Of a stretch of 64,000 nt of DNA, positions 9,991-19,767 are shown piece by piece. This stretch comes from Candidatus Latescibacterota bacterium. GTDB taxonomy: Bacteria > Latescibacterota > UBA2968 > UBA8231. The stretch's first letter is position 1. Each line of letters begins with the position of its first letter. The DNA lies in NCBI GenBank assembly GCA_965215195.1, contig CBDCDC010000002.1:3776001-3840000 (forward strand), written 5' to 3'. The notes beneath the pieces were generated by a model, which saw only the letters and a program-made list of their open reading frames with translations, had not been told where the DNA came from and made no database searches. The position numbers were made by a program, and so were the translations under genes.

Positions 9991-12024
9991 TTAGTAGGCG
10001 ATGCCCAATGGGCGGAGTTGGGGATCGGCGGCAAATTCCGAGCGCAGGTCTAGGGCCGCTAGGTAGAGCCCGGGCGGCAGCCGCCGGCCCGTTTCGTCGC
10101 GGCCATCCCAGCGCAGGCTCTGCGGACCCGCGTTTTGCAAGCCGGCCTCGACGAGCCCCACGCGCCGGCCATCGAGCCTATAGACTGCGAGGACGACGGG
10201 CACGGCTTCGGGCAAGCGGAACAGGGAATAGGCGACGCGCAGCTCGTCGTTGATGCCGTCGCCGTTGGGCGTAAAGACCGCAGAGGAAAAGGTCAGGTTC
10301 TGGATGAAAGCGGTTTCTTGCTCGGTGGTGGCGAGGACGCGCAGGCTATTAGTCGAAAGGGCTTCGCCGACGTCGGCACCGACTACGGGTTGCGGCAGAA
10401 CGTCGCGTTCGCTGTCTAGGACCTCGCTCTGAAAAGTGGTAGCGAATTCAAATATCTCCGTGCCAAAGACGATGCGGATGGGCGGATTGTTGGCGCGGGT
10501 GATGCGCTCGGGCAGGCGGATGAGCAAGCCCTCGGTCTCTTGGGTAATTTCGGCCGGCACAGCTTCCGTGCGGCTCTCGCCCAGTTGCAGGCTTTTGAGT
10601 TCGGTTTGGTGCCCGGTGCGAATGCGCAACAGGTCGAAGCCGGGCGCGTCAACGGCCTCGAAGTCGGCTTGGAGATCATAGACGAATTCTATGGCTTCGC
10701 CCAAGGGGACTTGGGCAATCCCGCCGACCGGCTGCGGGTCGTCTAGGGGGGCCACTTCGCCGCGCACGTTGGCGGCCAGCAGCGGAGCGGTTTCGAGCCA
10801 CAACGAGTCGAGGCGCGCGAAGTCGTCGAAGGAATCGCTCTCCATGGCGATGCGGAGCTGCAAATAGGTGCCGTTGCGCAGGTTGATCGGTTGGCCCGAC
10901 TCGACGAAGGGCGCAGACCAGAAGGTCCAATGGTCTGAATCGTAGCCGATGGACGCGCGGACGCCCGGCTTGGGCTGGCGTTCGGTCAGGTCGTCCGCGG
11001 CCGTGACGCGCACAAAGCGAGTACGCAGTGCGTTTTCGTAGTGGTCGCGCGCGACTACGCGCTCCAGCCCGGTGTCCATGTACTCGTGATAGACGGCCGG
11101 GTCCTCGTCTAGGCCCGTGCGGATTTCGATCTTGATTTGGGCCGCCGCGTCCGGGGCCTCCACTGGGGTTCCATCGACCATGCGGAATTTTGTCTCCTGC
11201 CAGAACAGCCGCCCGAAATTCACGGGTTCGCCGAGGTCCGTTATCTTGGTCTTGTACATGGCCCGCTGCGGTACGCCTTGGGCCAAGAGCTGAAACTCGC
11301 TGATCGAACCGATGAGGGCGATGGCGACGTTGCCGCTCTTGGCTTGGGCTTCCTCGTCTAGTAGCGAGAGGGTCCGGCGGTAGCGGAAGAAGCGCAGGTA
11401 CTGACGGGCGAAGTCGATGCGCACTTGGGGTTCGAAATTGGAGTTGACGTCGGCGATGACCGTGGAGAGCGGGTTGACATTGCCTTCGAGCACCGGGGAT
11501 TCGGGCGCGACCGAGGCGGTCACCTGAAAGGCGGGAACAAAGTCCGTTTCGAGTGGGGTGCCGTCGGAGCGAAAGCCCTCGCTGGGCGGGATAAAGCCGA
11601 AGGCCACGGCCGGCACCGACACGGCCAAATCCATGGTAAAGGTCTCTTTCTCGATGCGGTCGGCTTTGGGTGGGTTGTAGGTGATAGGGTCGCCATCGAT
11701 GAGCCAAGAGCCGTTTTCCGAAGGATCGGGCACGCCGTGGTTCCACTTCCACATTCGCGGCGTTTCGCCGTCTAGGTAGTCGAAGACGCGGTCGCTGGGG
11801 TCGCGCCAGAAGGCCCAATTGTCGATGTGGGAAAAAACCGTCTCATCTAGCGTGAAGTACGTGGGCTGGATGGCGCCGGGGGTGGCTGCGAAATCGACGA
11901 AGAGGCGAGTCGTGTCGTTTCCGCTCCAAGCTAGGCCGCTGCCGCCTAGTTGCCAGTGGGAAATCTGGGCGGTGGCACTTTGCGCTAAAATTAGGGTGAA
12001 CAGGACGATGGTGGCGCGGCGCAT
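9991..12024 (-). CDS. Secreted FlgD-Ig protein, 'A-type' copy 2
   Basis: Signal peptide, QISHWQLGGSG N-terminus, VNFGRLFW, FTPNGDGIND, ends LGIAY; paralog of 14459-16465. Confidence 0.8.
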   Translation of the reverse strand: MRRATIVLFTLILAQSATAQISHWQLGGSGLAWSGNDTTRLFVDFAATPGAIQPTYFTLDETVFSHIDNWAFWRDPSDRVFDYLDGETPRMWKWNHGVPDPSENGSWLIDGDPITYNPPKADRIEKETFTMDLAVSVPAVAFGFIPPSEGFRSDGTPLETDFVPAFQVTASVAPESPVLEGNVNPLSTVIADVNSNFEPQVRIDFARQYLRFFRYRRTLSLLDEEAQAKSGNVAIALIGSISEFQLLAQGVPQRAMYKTKITDLGEPVNFGRLFWQETKFRMVDGTPVEAPDAAAQIKIEIRTGLDEDPAVYHEYMDTGLERVVARDHYENALRTRFVRVTAADDLTERQPKPGVRASIGYDSDHWTFWSAPFVESGQPINLRNGTYLQLRIAMESDSFDDFARLDSLWLETAPLLAANVRGEVAPLDDPQPVGGIAQVPLGEAIEFVYDLQADFEAVDAPGFDLLRIRTGHQTELKSLQLGESRTEAVPAEITQETEGLLIRLPERITRANNPPIRIVFGTEIFEFATTFQSEVLDSERDVLPQPVVGADVGEALSTNSLRVLATTEQETAFIQNLTFSSAVFTPNGDGINDELRVAYSLFRLPEAVPVVLAVYRLDGRRVGLVEAGLQNAGPQSLRWDGRDETGRRLPPGLYLAALDLRSEFAADPQLRPLGIAY

Positions 12025-12109
12025 GACGGCTCTCCTTTGGCAGGGCGCAAATCAGAGACATGCGCCAACAATATAATGTTTGATAAGCAATTATCCTATC
12101 TGCGGAGTA

Positions 12110-14452
12110 TCAGTACGCCACGGCAATGGCGTGCAGTGCTGTATCGTCGCCGGCGTCAGCGTCTAGGTCAATGCGACAGAGGTAGGTGCCGGGCGGCACG
12201 AGGTCGCCTTGGGTAGCGCGTCCGTTCCAGGTGAAGACGTAGGCCACGCCGTCGATGGTCGGGGCCGCGAGTTCGGCGATGAGCTGGCCGGCGAGGTCGA
12301 AAATGCGCCCTTGGGGCGTGCGTTGGCTGACCTTGAAGGCGACAAAGCGGATGACCGCTTCGTCGTGGACGCCGTCGCCGTTGGGGGTGAACACCCGCGA
12401 GGAGATCGAGAGGTCGTCGATGAGCTGGGTCGTGCCGGTCAGGGCGGGGAGCATGACGATATTGGCGCGGCGCGTCAGCGGCTCAACCGATTGCCACAGA
12501 CCCGGATGCGCACTGGAGCCTAAGTCCAACGCAAAGAGCGTGGCGTTGTGTACTAAGCGGGTGGCAAAGTGGACGCGGACCGAATCGTCTCGGACCGGAT
12601 CGGGTAAGGCGATGAGCAGGGAATCTCCGCGCAGGGAGGCCGCCGCTGGCGAGACGGTTTCGCTGCCCTTCTCTACGCTCACGCTGTGCAAATTGATCGG
12701 ACCTCGTAGATCGAAACGCATTAGGTCGAAGCCGATGTCAGCGGGGCCGGCACTGGGCAACAGGGTATAGGTGAAGGCCGTCTCCTCGTTGGGTGGGGCA
12801 CTGCGCGGCTCAACGCGCCCGCGGGCACTCTGGAGCAGGGCGTCGTCGAATTCGATTGACAGCGAATTGACTGTGGGCGCGACCTCGGGGTGGTCGGTGG
12901 CGAGGATCATCTCCAGTTGCACGAAGCGACGCGGGCTTTGCGATTTGAATGCCTCGCCGGAAAAGGTGTACGCCTCGCTCCACGCATCCCAATCCTCGCT
13001 GACCGCGACGGTGGTGTCGATTTTCCCCCGCAGCACTTTGGGCAGGCTGAGCCACTTCTCCTCGGCGATTGGCTCGCCGATCTTGTCGTGGAAGGCATAG
13101 ACTTCGCGCTGGGTGTTGCCCGAGCGCGAGCGCACTTGCAGACGAGTGCCGGGCGGGATGTCGGCGTCCCAAGAGAGACTGCTGATGACTTTGGGACGGC
13201 CGTCGCCGGTAGCCATGCCAAGATCGATAAAGTCCGAGCGCATGACGACCTCGGCGGGATGGCCCGGCGAAAAGAGCATCAGTTCGGTCCAGCGCGAGCC
13301 CCAGTCTTGGGGGGTATGGGCGTGCCAGAACAGGTAGCGGACCTTGCGCGGTTGGAACAGATAGCGCAGATAGCGAATGGGGTCGGGGTCGGGTTGGTCG
13401 ATGAAGGGGCTGAAGTCGAAGGATTCGGGGATGGGGAGTCGGGAGTTGATGACGCGGGTTCCGTCTGAGTGGAGGAAGGTAAAGCCTCTGGGAGCACCAG
13501 CCACGGAACCGACTGTGCCTTCGCGCGGCCGGAGTGCATACAGGAAAAGCTCGTCGAGCCAGAATACGGCCCCTAGGTCGATGAAAAACCAAGTGCCCTG
13601 CTCCTCCCAGGTGCGGACGCGGCCTTCGAAGCCCACAGGCAGGATGGAGCTGGCCGTGTTCATGTCGCCGTCGAGGATGTTCGCGGTGGAGCGGGCAGTA
13701 AGTCCGTCGAGGATGCCGCCGCGCTGGTCATTGCCCAAGCTGACGTTGTCGCCGACAGCGATGACTTCGACTTCGGCTAGTGCGCCTTCAGGATCGAAGT
13801 CTTCAACGGTGAAGTTGATGTACTGGATGAGGCGGTACTGGTTGAATTCTTCCAGATCGACAGCGCGGCTGGGGTCGAGGACTTGGGCGCTGTCTTGGAG
13901 GTCGAAGGCGAGGGGGACCGAGACGGTGGTGTCTCGGTTGGGTTGAGTCGTGAGATAGACCGGGCGAAAAATAAAGAGGTCGTCGAGGGCATCGGAAGTG
14001 ATGCCCGTGGCGGTGAAGACGGTGAACTGGCGGAAGGGGCGGGCCCCTTCTTGGTCGGGGAAGTGCAGGCGGATCTCTTTGGCCAGCACGGCGCGGCCGA
14101 GGTCGATTTGCACGAACCAGTCGCCGAGGGCGTCGTCGGTAGAGGCTTGCCAGAAGGTCTCGCGGTTGCCGTCCATGATCCGCCTAGCCGCGGCTGGGTT
14201 GCTGCCGGCTTCCCAGATCCCGCCCGTCGCGTTGGCGCCGCGCGAGCGGGTGAGGTGGGTAAAGTCGGGCGCGTTGGCTACGGCGTTGATGTCCTTGCGG
14301 AACTCGACCAGTCGCAACTGGCCGCGGTCGCCAAACTCGATCAGGCCATAGGGCATTTTCCAGGTCGCCCAGCTAGCTGGGCTATCGAAGCGGAATTCTG
14401 CGGCGGCCAGCGCGGTCGCCGAACAAAGGCCCCAGAGCAACAGCGGACGCAT
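12110..14452 (-). CDS. Secreted discoidin-like/FlgD-Ig protein, 'B-type' copy 1
   Basis: FDSPASW...LVEFRKDIN, FPDQEGARPFRQF, DGRPKVI, FTPNGDGVHD, ends IAVAY. Confidence 0.8.
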   Translation of the reverse strand: MRPLLLWGLCSATALAAAEFRFDSPASWATWKMPYGLIEFGDRGQLRLVEFRKDINAVANAPDFTHLTRSRGANATGGIWEAGSNPAAARRIMDGNRETFWQASTDDALGDWFVQIDLGRAVLAKEIRLHFPDQEGARPFRQFTVFTATGITSDALDDLFIFRPVYLTTQPNRDTTVSVPLAFDLQDSAQVLDPSRAVDLEEFNQYRLIQYINFTVEDFDPEGALAEVEVIAVGDNVSLGNDQRGGILDGLTARSTANILDGDMNTASSILPVGFEGRVRTWEEQGTWFFIDLGAVFWLDELFLYALRPREGTVGSVAGAPRGFTFLHSDGTRVINSRLPIPESFDFSPFIDQPDPDPIRYLRYLFQPRKVRYLFWHAHTPQDWGSRWTELMLFSPGHPAEVVMRSDFIDLGMATGDGRPKVISSLSWDADIPPGTRLQVRSRSGNTQREVYAFHDKIGEPIAEEKWLSLPKVLRGKIDTTVAVSEDWDAWSEAYTFSGEAFKSQSPRRFVQLEMILATDHPEVAPTVNSLSIEFDDALLQSARGRVEPRSAPPNEETAFTYTLLPSAGPADIGFDLMRFDLRGPINLHSVSVEKGSETVSPAAASLRGDSLLIALPDPVRDDSVRVHFATRLVHNATLFALDLGSSAHPGLWQSVEPLTRRANIVMLPALTGTTQLIDDLSISSRVFTPNGDGVHDEAVIRFVAFKVSQRTPQGRIFDLAGQLIAELAAPTIDGVAYVFTWNGRATQGDLVPPGTYLCRIDLDADAGDDTALHAIAVAY

Positions 14453-14458
14453 TGGCCG

Positions 14459-16465
14459 TTAATAGGCAAGGCCCACGGCCAATAGCTGTTTGGCCTGGAC
14501 GAATTGGGTTTGCAGGGCGATGGAGAGCAGGTAGAGGCCCGGCCGAAGGAGTTGGCCTGTCTCGTCGCGGCCGTTATAGGTGATCGCCTGCGGGCCGGAG
14601 TCTTGCAGCCCCTTGTCGAGGCGGGCAATGAGGCGGCCGTCCAAGGTGTACACTTCTAGGGCCACGGGCACGGCACCGGGAAGGCGGAAGAGCGAATAAC
14701 GCATCTGGAGTTGGTCGTGGACGCCGTCGCCATTGGGGGTCAACACTGGGGTGGACAAAGCGAGCGATTGGATGAAATCGGGCGTCTCGTCGTCCGCGCC
14801 CAACACCCGCAGGCTGTTGGTGGAGACCGCTTCGCCGGCGTCGCCAGCGAGGATCGGCTGGGGGAGCGATTCGCTGTCTGCGGCAAATATCTCGCCGGCA
14901 AAGGTGGAAGCGAATTCAAAAACTGCGGTGGCGAAGGTCACGCGGATCGGTGCGTTGTTGGCACCGGTGACGCGCTGGGGCAATTGGATCACCAAACCGT
15001 CGTCTTCCGCTACTGCGACGGGATTGACGGGAGCGAGCGGGGTGCCCATTTCGAGGCCGCGAAAGGCGGTGCGGTTGCCGGTGTGGATTCTAAGTGCATT
15101 GAAGCCAGGAGCGGTGTCGTCGAAGTCGGCCCGCACCTGATAGATGAATTCGGTCTCCTCGCCCAAGGCCACTTCGGTAAAGCCGCGCTTGGGCTGCGGG
15201 TCGTCGCGCCGCGCCACTTCGGCGAAGACTTCGGCGGCCAATAGGGACGCGGTCTCAATCCACAGCGAGTCGATCCGCATCCAAGCGTCGAAGTCGCGAC
15301 TTTCTAAGGAGAGTTCTACCTGTAGATGCGATCCACTCCTGAGCCGGATGAGCTGGCCCGATTCGGTAAAAGGCACCGACCAAAAGGACCAATTGGCGGA
15401 ATCGTAGCCAATGGAGGCGCGGATCCCGGGTCGCGGGTCGCGGTTGAGCTGAGCGGTAAGCGCCTCGTAGTGCTCGCGCGCGACCTCCTTCTCGCGGCCG
15501 ATGTTCGTGTATTCGTGGTAGGTCGCCGGGCTGTCGTCGCGTCCAACGCGGACCTTGGCTTGGAGCCATACGGGGGCGTCGGGATCTGCCACGGCCGCGC
15601 CATCGACTAAGCGCAGCCGAGTCCCTGCCCAGTGCAGGCGGCCGAAATTCACAACTTGGCCTAGATCGACGACTTGGCTGAGGTACACGACGCGCTGAGG
15701 TATGCCTTGGCCGAAAATTTCGAATCCCCCGATTGAGCCTTTGAGCGCGATGGCTTGGTTGCCTTGGCCGCCGCAGTCGGCGCAGATGTTGAGGGCTTCC
15801 TCATCGGCCAGCGACGTTTGCCGGCGCCAGCGAAAGAAGCGCACGTATTGGCGCGGGAAGTCAATGCGGACGACGGGGTCGAAGTTGGCACCCACGTTGG
15901 CGATGACCTGCTCGAACAGGTCGCTGCCGCCCCAGTTGACCGCGGGTTCTGAGTCTGAGCCGATGGAGACGTCAAAGGCCGGGGTGGTGTCGAACGGCAG
16001 CGGCGTGCCGTCGGAGCGAAAGCCCTGCGAGGGCGTAAAGAAGCCGAAACCGACACCGGGGATCGGCACGGCCGTATCAATCGAAAAGAAGGTACTGGCT
16101 ACCGATTGGCTTCTGGGGGCGTTGTAGGTTGTGGAATCGCGATCGACTAAGAAGACACCGCTCTGGGTCGGGTCGCCGCCGACGCCATTCGAGCGGTTCC
16201 AAAAGCGCGGCTTCTGGCCATCGACGTAGCCGAGATTGTGCAGGGAGGGTTCGCGCCAGAATTGCCAGTTGTCGAGCAGGTGAATGACGTTTTGGTGCGG
16301 CTGCAAGTAGAGCGGCTGGATCGCACCATCGGCAAAATCGACGAGGACGTGGAGGGAGTCGCGCTGGTCCCACGCCGCCCGACTGCCGCCCAGTTGCCAC
16401 TTTGCTACTTGAGCGTGGCTGGGCACAACGGCGAGGACTAGGATCAAAGACCAAGCACTGTGCAT
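14459..16465 (-). CDS. Secreted FlgD-Ig protein, 'A-type' copy 1
   Basis: ATG 16465 with GGAGG SD; QVAKWQLGGS, GFRSDGTPL, VNFGRLHW, TPNGDGVHD, ends VGLAY. Confidence 0.8.
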   Translation of the reverse strand: MHSAWSLILVLAVVPSHAQVAKWQLGGSRAAWDQRDSLHVLVDFADGAIQPLYLQPHQNVIHLLDNWQFWREPSLHNLGYVDGQKPRFWNRSNGVGGDPTQSGVFLVDRDSTTYNAPRSQSVASTFFSIDTAVPIPGVGFGFFTPSQGFRSDGTPLPFDTTPAFDVSIGSDSEPAVNWGGSDLFEQVIANVGANFDPVVRIDFPRQYVRFFRWRRQTSLADEEALNICADCGGQGNQAIALKGSIGGFEIFGQGIPQRVVYLSQVVDLGQVVNFGRLHWAGTRLRLVDGAAVADPDAPVWLQAKVRVGRDDSPATYHEYTNIGREKEVAREHYEALTAQLNRDPRPGIRASIGYDSANWSFWSVPFTESGQLIRLRSGSHLQVELSLESRDFDAWMRIDSLWIETASLLAAEVFAEVARRDDPQPKRGFTEVALGEETEFIYQVRADFDDTAPGFNALRIHTGNRTAFRGLEMGTPLAPVNPVAVAEDDGLVIQLPQRVTGANNAPIRVTFATAVFEFASTFAGEIFAADSESLPQPILAGDAGEAVSTNSLRVLGADDETPDFIQSLALSTPVLTPNGDGVHDQLQMRYSLFRLPGAVPVALEVYTLDGRLIARLDKGLQDSGPQAITYNGRDETGQLLRPGLYLLSIALQTQFVQAKQLLAVGLAY

Positions 16466-16656
16466 AGGACACTGTACCTCCGCCCGGGAAGATAACGCAA
16501 AACCCCGGGGACGGAATCGAAGTCGATGAAGATGCGGACCGAATCGCTCGCCGACCATGCAAGGCCGCCGCTGCCGCCGAGCTGCCAAGTGCTTATTTGC
16601 GCCGACAGAACACCGGGCAGCAGCAGCGGGAAGAGAATGGCAAAGATGCGGCGCAT
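16444..16656 (-). pseudogene. N-terminal remnant of a third 'A-type' paralog
   Basis: MRRIFAILFPLLLPGVLSAQISTWQLGGSGGLAWSASDSVRIFIDFDSVPG aligns to AQISHWQLGGSGLAWSGNDTTRLFVDFAATPG of 9991-12024, then similarity stops abruptly. Confidence 0.8.
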
Positions 16657-16727
16657 GGGCAGGACTCTGGGGAGACAGACATCTACAGAAGCTAAATACG
16701 CAAGATCGGTCGTCTGGTCAAGCGGCC

Positions 16728-17948
16728 CTAGGCCTCGAATGGCACCAGCCAATCCTCCTCGATCCCGAGGTCAAAACCCGGTCCCCGCGGCACAAATTCC
16801 AGATAGCTGTCTTGGGGGACCAGTGCCCCCGGCTCGGCTACTTCCTCCAGCGGAATCCCCGGATCCGAGCCGATGTAGTATTCGCCCCAAGGCGTGTTGG
16901 GCATCGCCCAAGTCAAGTGCTGGCCATAGGGGTCGCGCCCTCCGCCGTGGAGGCAGACTTCAAGGCCAGCGGCCTCGGCCATGTGGCAGATTTTGATACA
17001 GGCGGTCAGCCCGCCGACCCAGTGGATATCGGGCTGTAGCACGTCGAGGGCGCGGTGCTCAATTATCTGCTGGTAGGGGTAGTGCGTGTAGAAGTGTTCG
17101 CCGCTGGCCAGCGTTTGCCAAGGCAGGCGCTCTTTGAGGTCGATATGGCTTTTGACGTCTTCGGGGATTAGGCACTCCTCCAGCCAGCGCAACTTGTAGG
17201 GTCTGAGGCGCTCGGCTAGGCGGACGCTGTATTCGACGTCCAAGGCCATGTAGCAGTCGAGCATGAGCTCGCAGTCGGCGCCGATCAAGGCGCGGACTTG
17301 GGCCACCCGCCGCTCGTTTTGCTCTAAACCCCACAGGCCGTCGGCCGGGCCGTACTGGCAGGGCAGTTTGAAGGCGCGGAAGCCCAGCTCTCGATACCAA
17401 TCGACGTCGTCGCCGGTGGCATAGGTGAAGATCCGCTCGCGGGCCGGGCCGCCGAGGAGCTGGTACACGGGCTTTTGTTGCAGCTTGCCGGCCAGATCCC
17501 ACAGCGCTAGGTCCACGGCGCTGATGGCGACGGTGGCGATGCCGACCGTGCCGAAGGGTTTAGAGACGCGGAACATCATATCCCACAGCTTGTCGATGGC
17601 CAAGCAGTCCTCGCCTGTGAGGATATGGGCGAAAGCGTCCTCGACGACCGCGGCGGCTGGCCGACCCGCGGCCGTGCCGAGGCCCCAAGTGCTGTCCTCG
17701 GCCGTGACTTTGACCGCAAAGCCGGGCCATTGCCGGGCGGCGTAGAGCTGGCGACGGGGCTTGAAGCGCGGAAAGCGCGACATGGGGTTGGCCACTTCAA
17801 TTTCGGTGGGCCAAGCCCTGCGGCGGGGTTGGCTCTGCTGGGCGGGGGCTGTCGCAGCGGAGAGCGTCGAGCCAGCTTGGGAACGGGCACTGAGCGAAGG
17901 CCCGTCGGGGCGTTGGATGCGGACGAGGTCGATGGATTTGATTTTCAT
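16728..17948 (-). CDS. Enolase-superfamily sugar-acid dehydratase (L-rhamnonate dehydratase-like)
   Basis: EVANPMSRFP, ISAVDLALWDL, PVYQLLGG, KLP, LMLDCYM, WLEECL, SGEH, QPDIHWVGGLT. Confidence 0.85.
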   Translation of the reverse strand: MKIKSIDLVRIQRPDGPSLSARSQAGSTLSAATAPAQQSQPRRRAWPTEIEVANPMSRFPRFKPRRQLYAARQWPGFAVKVTAEDSTWGLGTAAGRPAAAVVEDAFAHILTGEDCLAIDKLWDMMFRVSKPFGTVGIATVAISAVDLALWDLAGKLQQKPVYQLLGGPARERIFTYATGDDVDWYRELGFRAFKLPCQYGPADGLWGLEQNERRVAQVRALIGADCELMLDCYMALDVEYSVRLAERLRPYKLRWLEECLIPEDVKSHIDLKERLPWQTLASGEHFYTHYPYQQIIEHRALDVLQPDIHWVGGLTACIKICHMAEAAGLEVCLHGGGRDPYGQHLTWAMPNTPWGEYYIGSDPGIPLEEVAEPGALVPQDSYLEFVPRGPGFDLGIEEDWLVPFEA

Positions 17949-18121
17949 TGGAGTAATCGCGGTTTGCGTTGTTGCGGGTGGTTCTCATCCTCGCCCACCA
18001 CATCAATCAAATCGTCCAGTACAGCCACAAGCTGTTGATATTCGCTCTCTGCATGAGGAACGAACACAACAGGAGTCAGCATGGGCCATATATCTTGAGC
18101 GGTTTGTATTTCTGCTTCCAT
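17945..18121 (-). pseudogene. N-terminal remnant of a HigA-like HTH antitoxin
   Basis: ESEYQQLVAVLDDLIDVVGEDENHP resembles HigA-family N-termini; HTH domain missing; locally AT-richer. Confidence 0.6.
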
Positions 18122-18165
18122 AGCAAAGCAAAGTCGGCGGATTAATGCGCTACGCTTATCGCCTG

Positions 18166-19203
18166 TTACCCGTTTCCGCCCCACGCTAGGGCCTCGGCTT
18201 CGGCTGCCGACAGGGTGAGATCGGCTTCTGCGGTGGCTGGCTCTTGCCACGCGGCGAGCAGATCGGCCAACTCGGTCAAGGAAGTGGTTGTCAGCAGGCG
18301 GCGGCGCAACTCGGAGGCGCGGGGCAGGCTCTTGAAGTAGAGCGCGAGGTGCTTGCGCGTCTCGCGGACGCCAGCGCGCTCGCCTTTGTACGCGGCCATC
18401 AGGCGCAGCTGCTCCAGCGCCAAGTTGATGCGCTCGGCGAGGGTTGCGCCGCTGCGGCCGGAAAAGAGCCAGGGATTGGCTAGGGCCGCCCGCCCGATCA
18501 TGACCGCGGCACAGCCTGTTTCCCGCTGCATGAGGCGGGCGTCGTCGAGGGTGAGCACGTCGCCGTTGCCGATGATGGGCAGCGAAGAGGCTGCAACCGC
18601 ACGGCCGATCCAATGCCAGTTGGCCCGGCCCTTGTATTTTTGCGCAACGGTGCGGGCGTGGATGGCCACTGCTTGGGCCCCGGCGTCCTCGCAGCGGCGC
18701 ACCACTTCGAGGATATTGATCTGGTCGTCGTCCCAGCCGAGGCGCGTCTTGACGATGACCGGAACCGCGACGGCCTTGACCGTGCGCTCAACAGCCTGAT
18801 AGAGCCGATCGAGATCGCGCAAATAAGCCGCGCCGCAGCCTTTGGCGACGATCTTGGGCACGGAACATCCAAAGTTGATGTCCACCACCTGCGCCCCGCG
18901 CCGCTCAAATTCCCGCGCCCCATTGGCGATCAGGTCGATGTCGTTGCCGTAGATTTGCGCGGCCAACAGCGAGATGCCGGTGTCGGCGTAGATTTGCGCG
19001 TCGGAAAAGTCGAGCATCTGCAAGCTTCTGCGCGAGCGGATGCCGATGGCGCGGCAGTTGATAAATTCAACCCCGACCAGCCGCGCCCCGAGGCGCGCAC
19101 AGATAAGGCGAAAGACCCAGTTGCTCACCCCAGCCATCGGAGCTAAGGTGAGGATGGGCATATCTTCCGTGAAGGGCTTGAGCTGGTGAGGGCCGATCTG
19201 CAT
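18166..19203 (-). CDS. dusB: tRNA-dihydrouridine synthase (DusB-like)
   Basis: LAPMAGVS, DINFGCS, VKTRLGW, IHART, IGNGDV, VMIGRAALANPW. Confidence 0.85.
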   Translation of the reverse strand: MQIGPHQLKPFTEDMPILTLAPMAGVSNWVFRLICARLGARLVGVEFINCRAIGIRSRRSLQMLDFSDAQIYADTGISLLAAQIYGNDIDLIANGAREFERRGAQVVDINFGCSVPKIVAKGCGAAYLRDLDRLYQAVERTVKAVAVPVIVKTRLGWDDDQINILEVVRRCEDAGAQAVAIHARTVAQKYKGRANWHWIGRAVAASSLPIIGNGDVLTLDDARLMQRETGCAAVMIGRAALANPWLFSGRSGATLAERINLALEQLRLMAAYKGERAGVRETRKHLALYFKSLPRASELRRRLLTTTSLTELADLLAAWQEPATAEADLTLSAAEAEALAWGGNG

Positions 19204-19356
19204 GTTGGAAATTGGGAATTAGAAGCTGTTGAGTTCGGCGGAAAAGGGCTGATTTGATTTGTAGGTCCGCTGGGTGCTGAAAGCCCCGTAAAATCGCCCG
19301 ATAGTAGCGATTCGTTTTCTTGCGAATTGCGAGATTTCCAATTCCTAACTCTCAGG

Positions 19357-19683
19357 TCATGTGGGTCGGGGGTTAGCCTGTAGCCGGGCGGCAATGGCCT
19401 TTTCTCGCTCGGCTTCGGGGATCATGCCTTTGCGCTGGTAGAACATGGAGAGGCTGGTGTGGACGAGGAAGTCGTCGGGGGCGTGCTCCGCGGCCTTTTG
19501 CGCCGCGCTGAGGGCTTGGTCGAGATCGCCCAACTTCTCGTGGCAGTGCGCCATCGCTTGGTAGGCGTCGGCAAATTGCGGGTCGAGCCCAATGGCTTGG
19601 GCCAAATCGTCCAAGGCACCGGCAAAGTCTTGGTGGGCGAATTTGTTCATGCCGCTCTTGTAGAGGGCCATTTTGTTGGTCAT
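19357..19683 (-). CDS. Small TPR-repeat protein
   Basis: AIGLDPQFADAYQAMAHCHEKLG...DDFLVHTSLSMFYQRKGMIPEAE; ATG 19683. Confidence 0.8.
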   Translation of the reverse strand: MTNKMALYKSGMNKFAHQDFAGALDDLAQAIGLDPQFADAYQAMAHCHEKLGDLDQALSAAQKAAEHAPDDFLVHTSLSMFYQRKGMIPEAEREKAIAARLQANPRPT

Positions 19684-19767
19684 GGCGTGGGTCCTTGTTG
19701 GCGGTACATAGTCAGAAAGTAGCGCAAAGTGGTATATTGCTGCAAACCGGCAAACAAAGGAGGAGCC

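Noticed and set aside
19204-19356. Imperfect inverted ends (GGGAATTAGAA / TTCCAATTCC) and a recurring TTGCGAATT motif as a MITE or operator
   Set aside because: Too degenerate, with no target duplication
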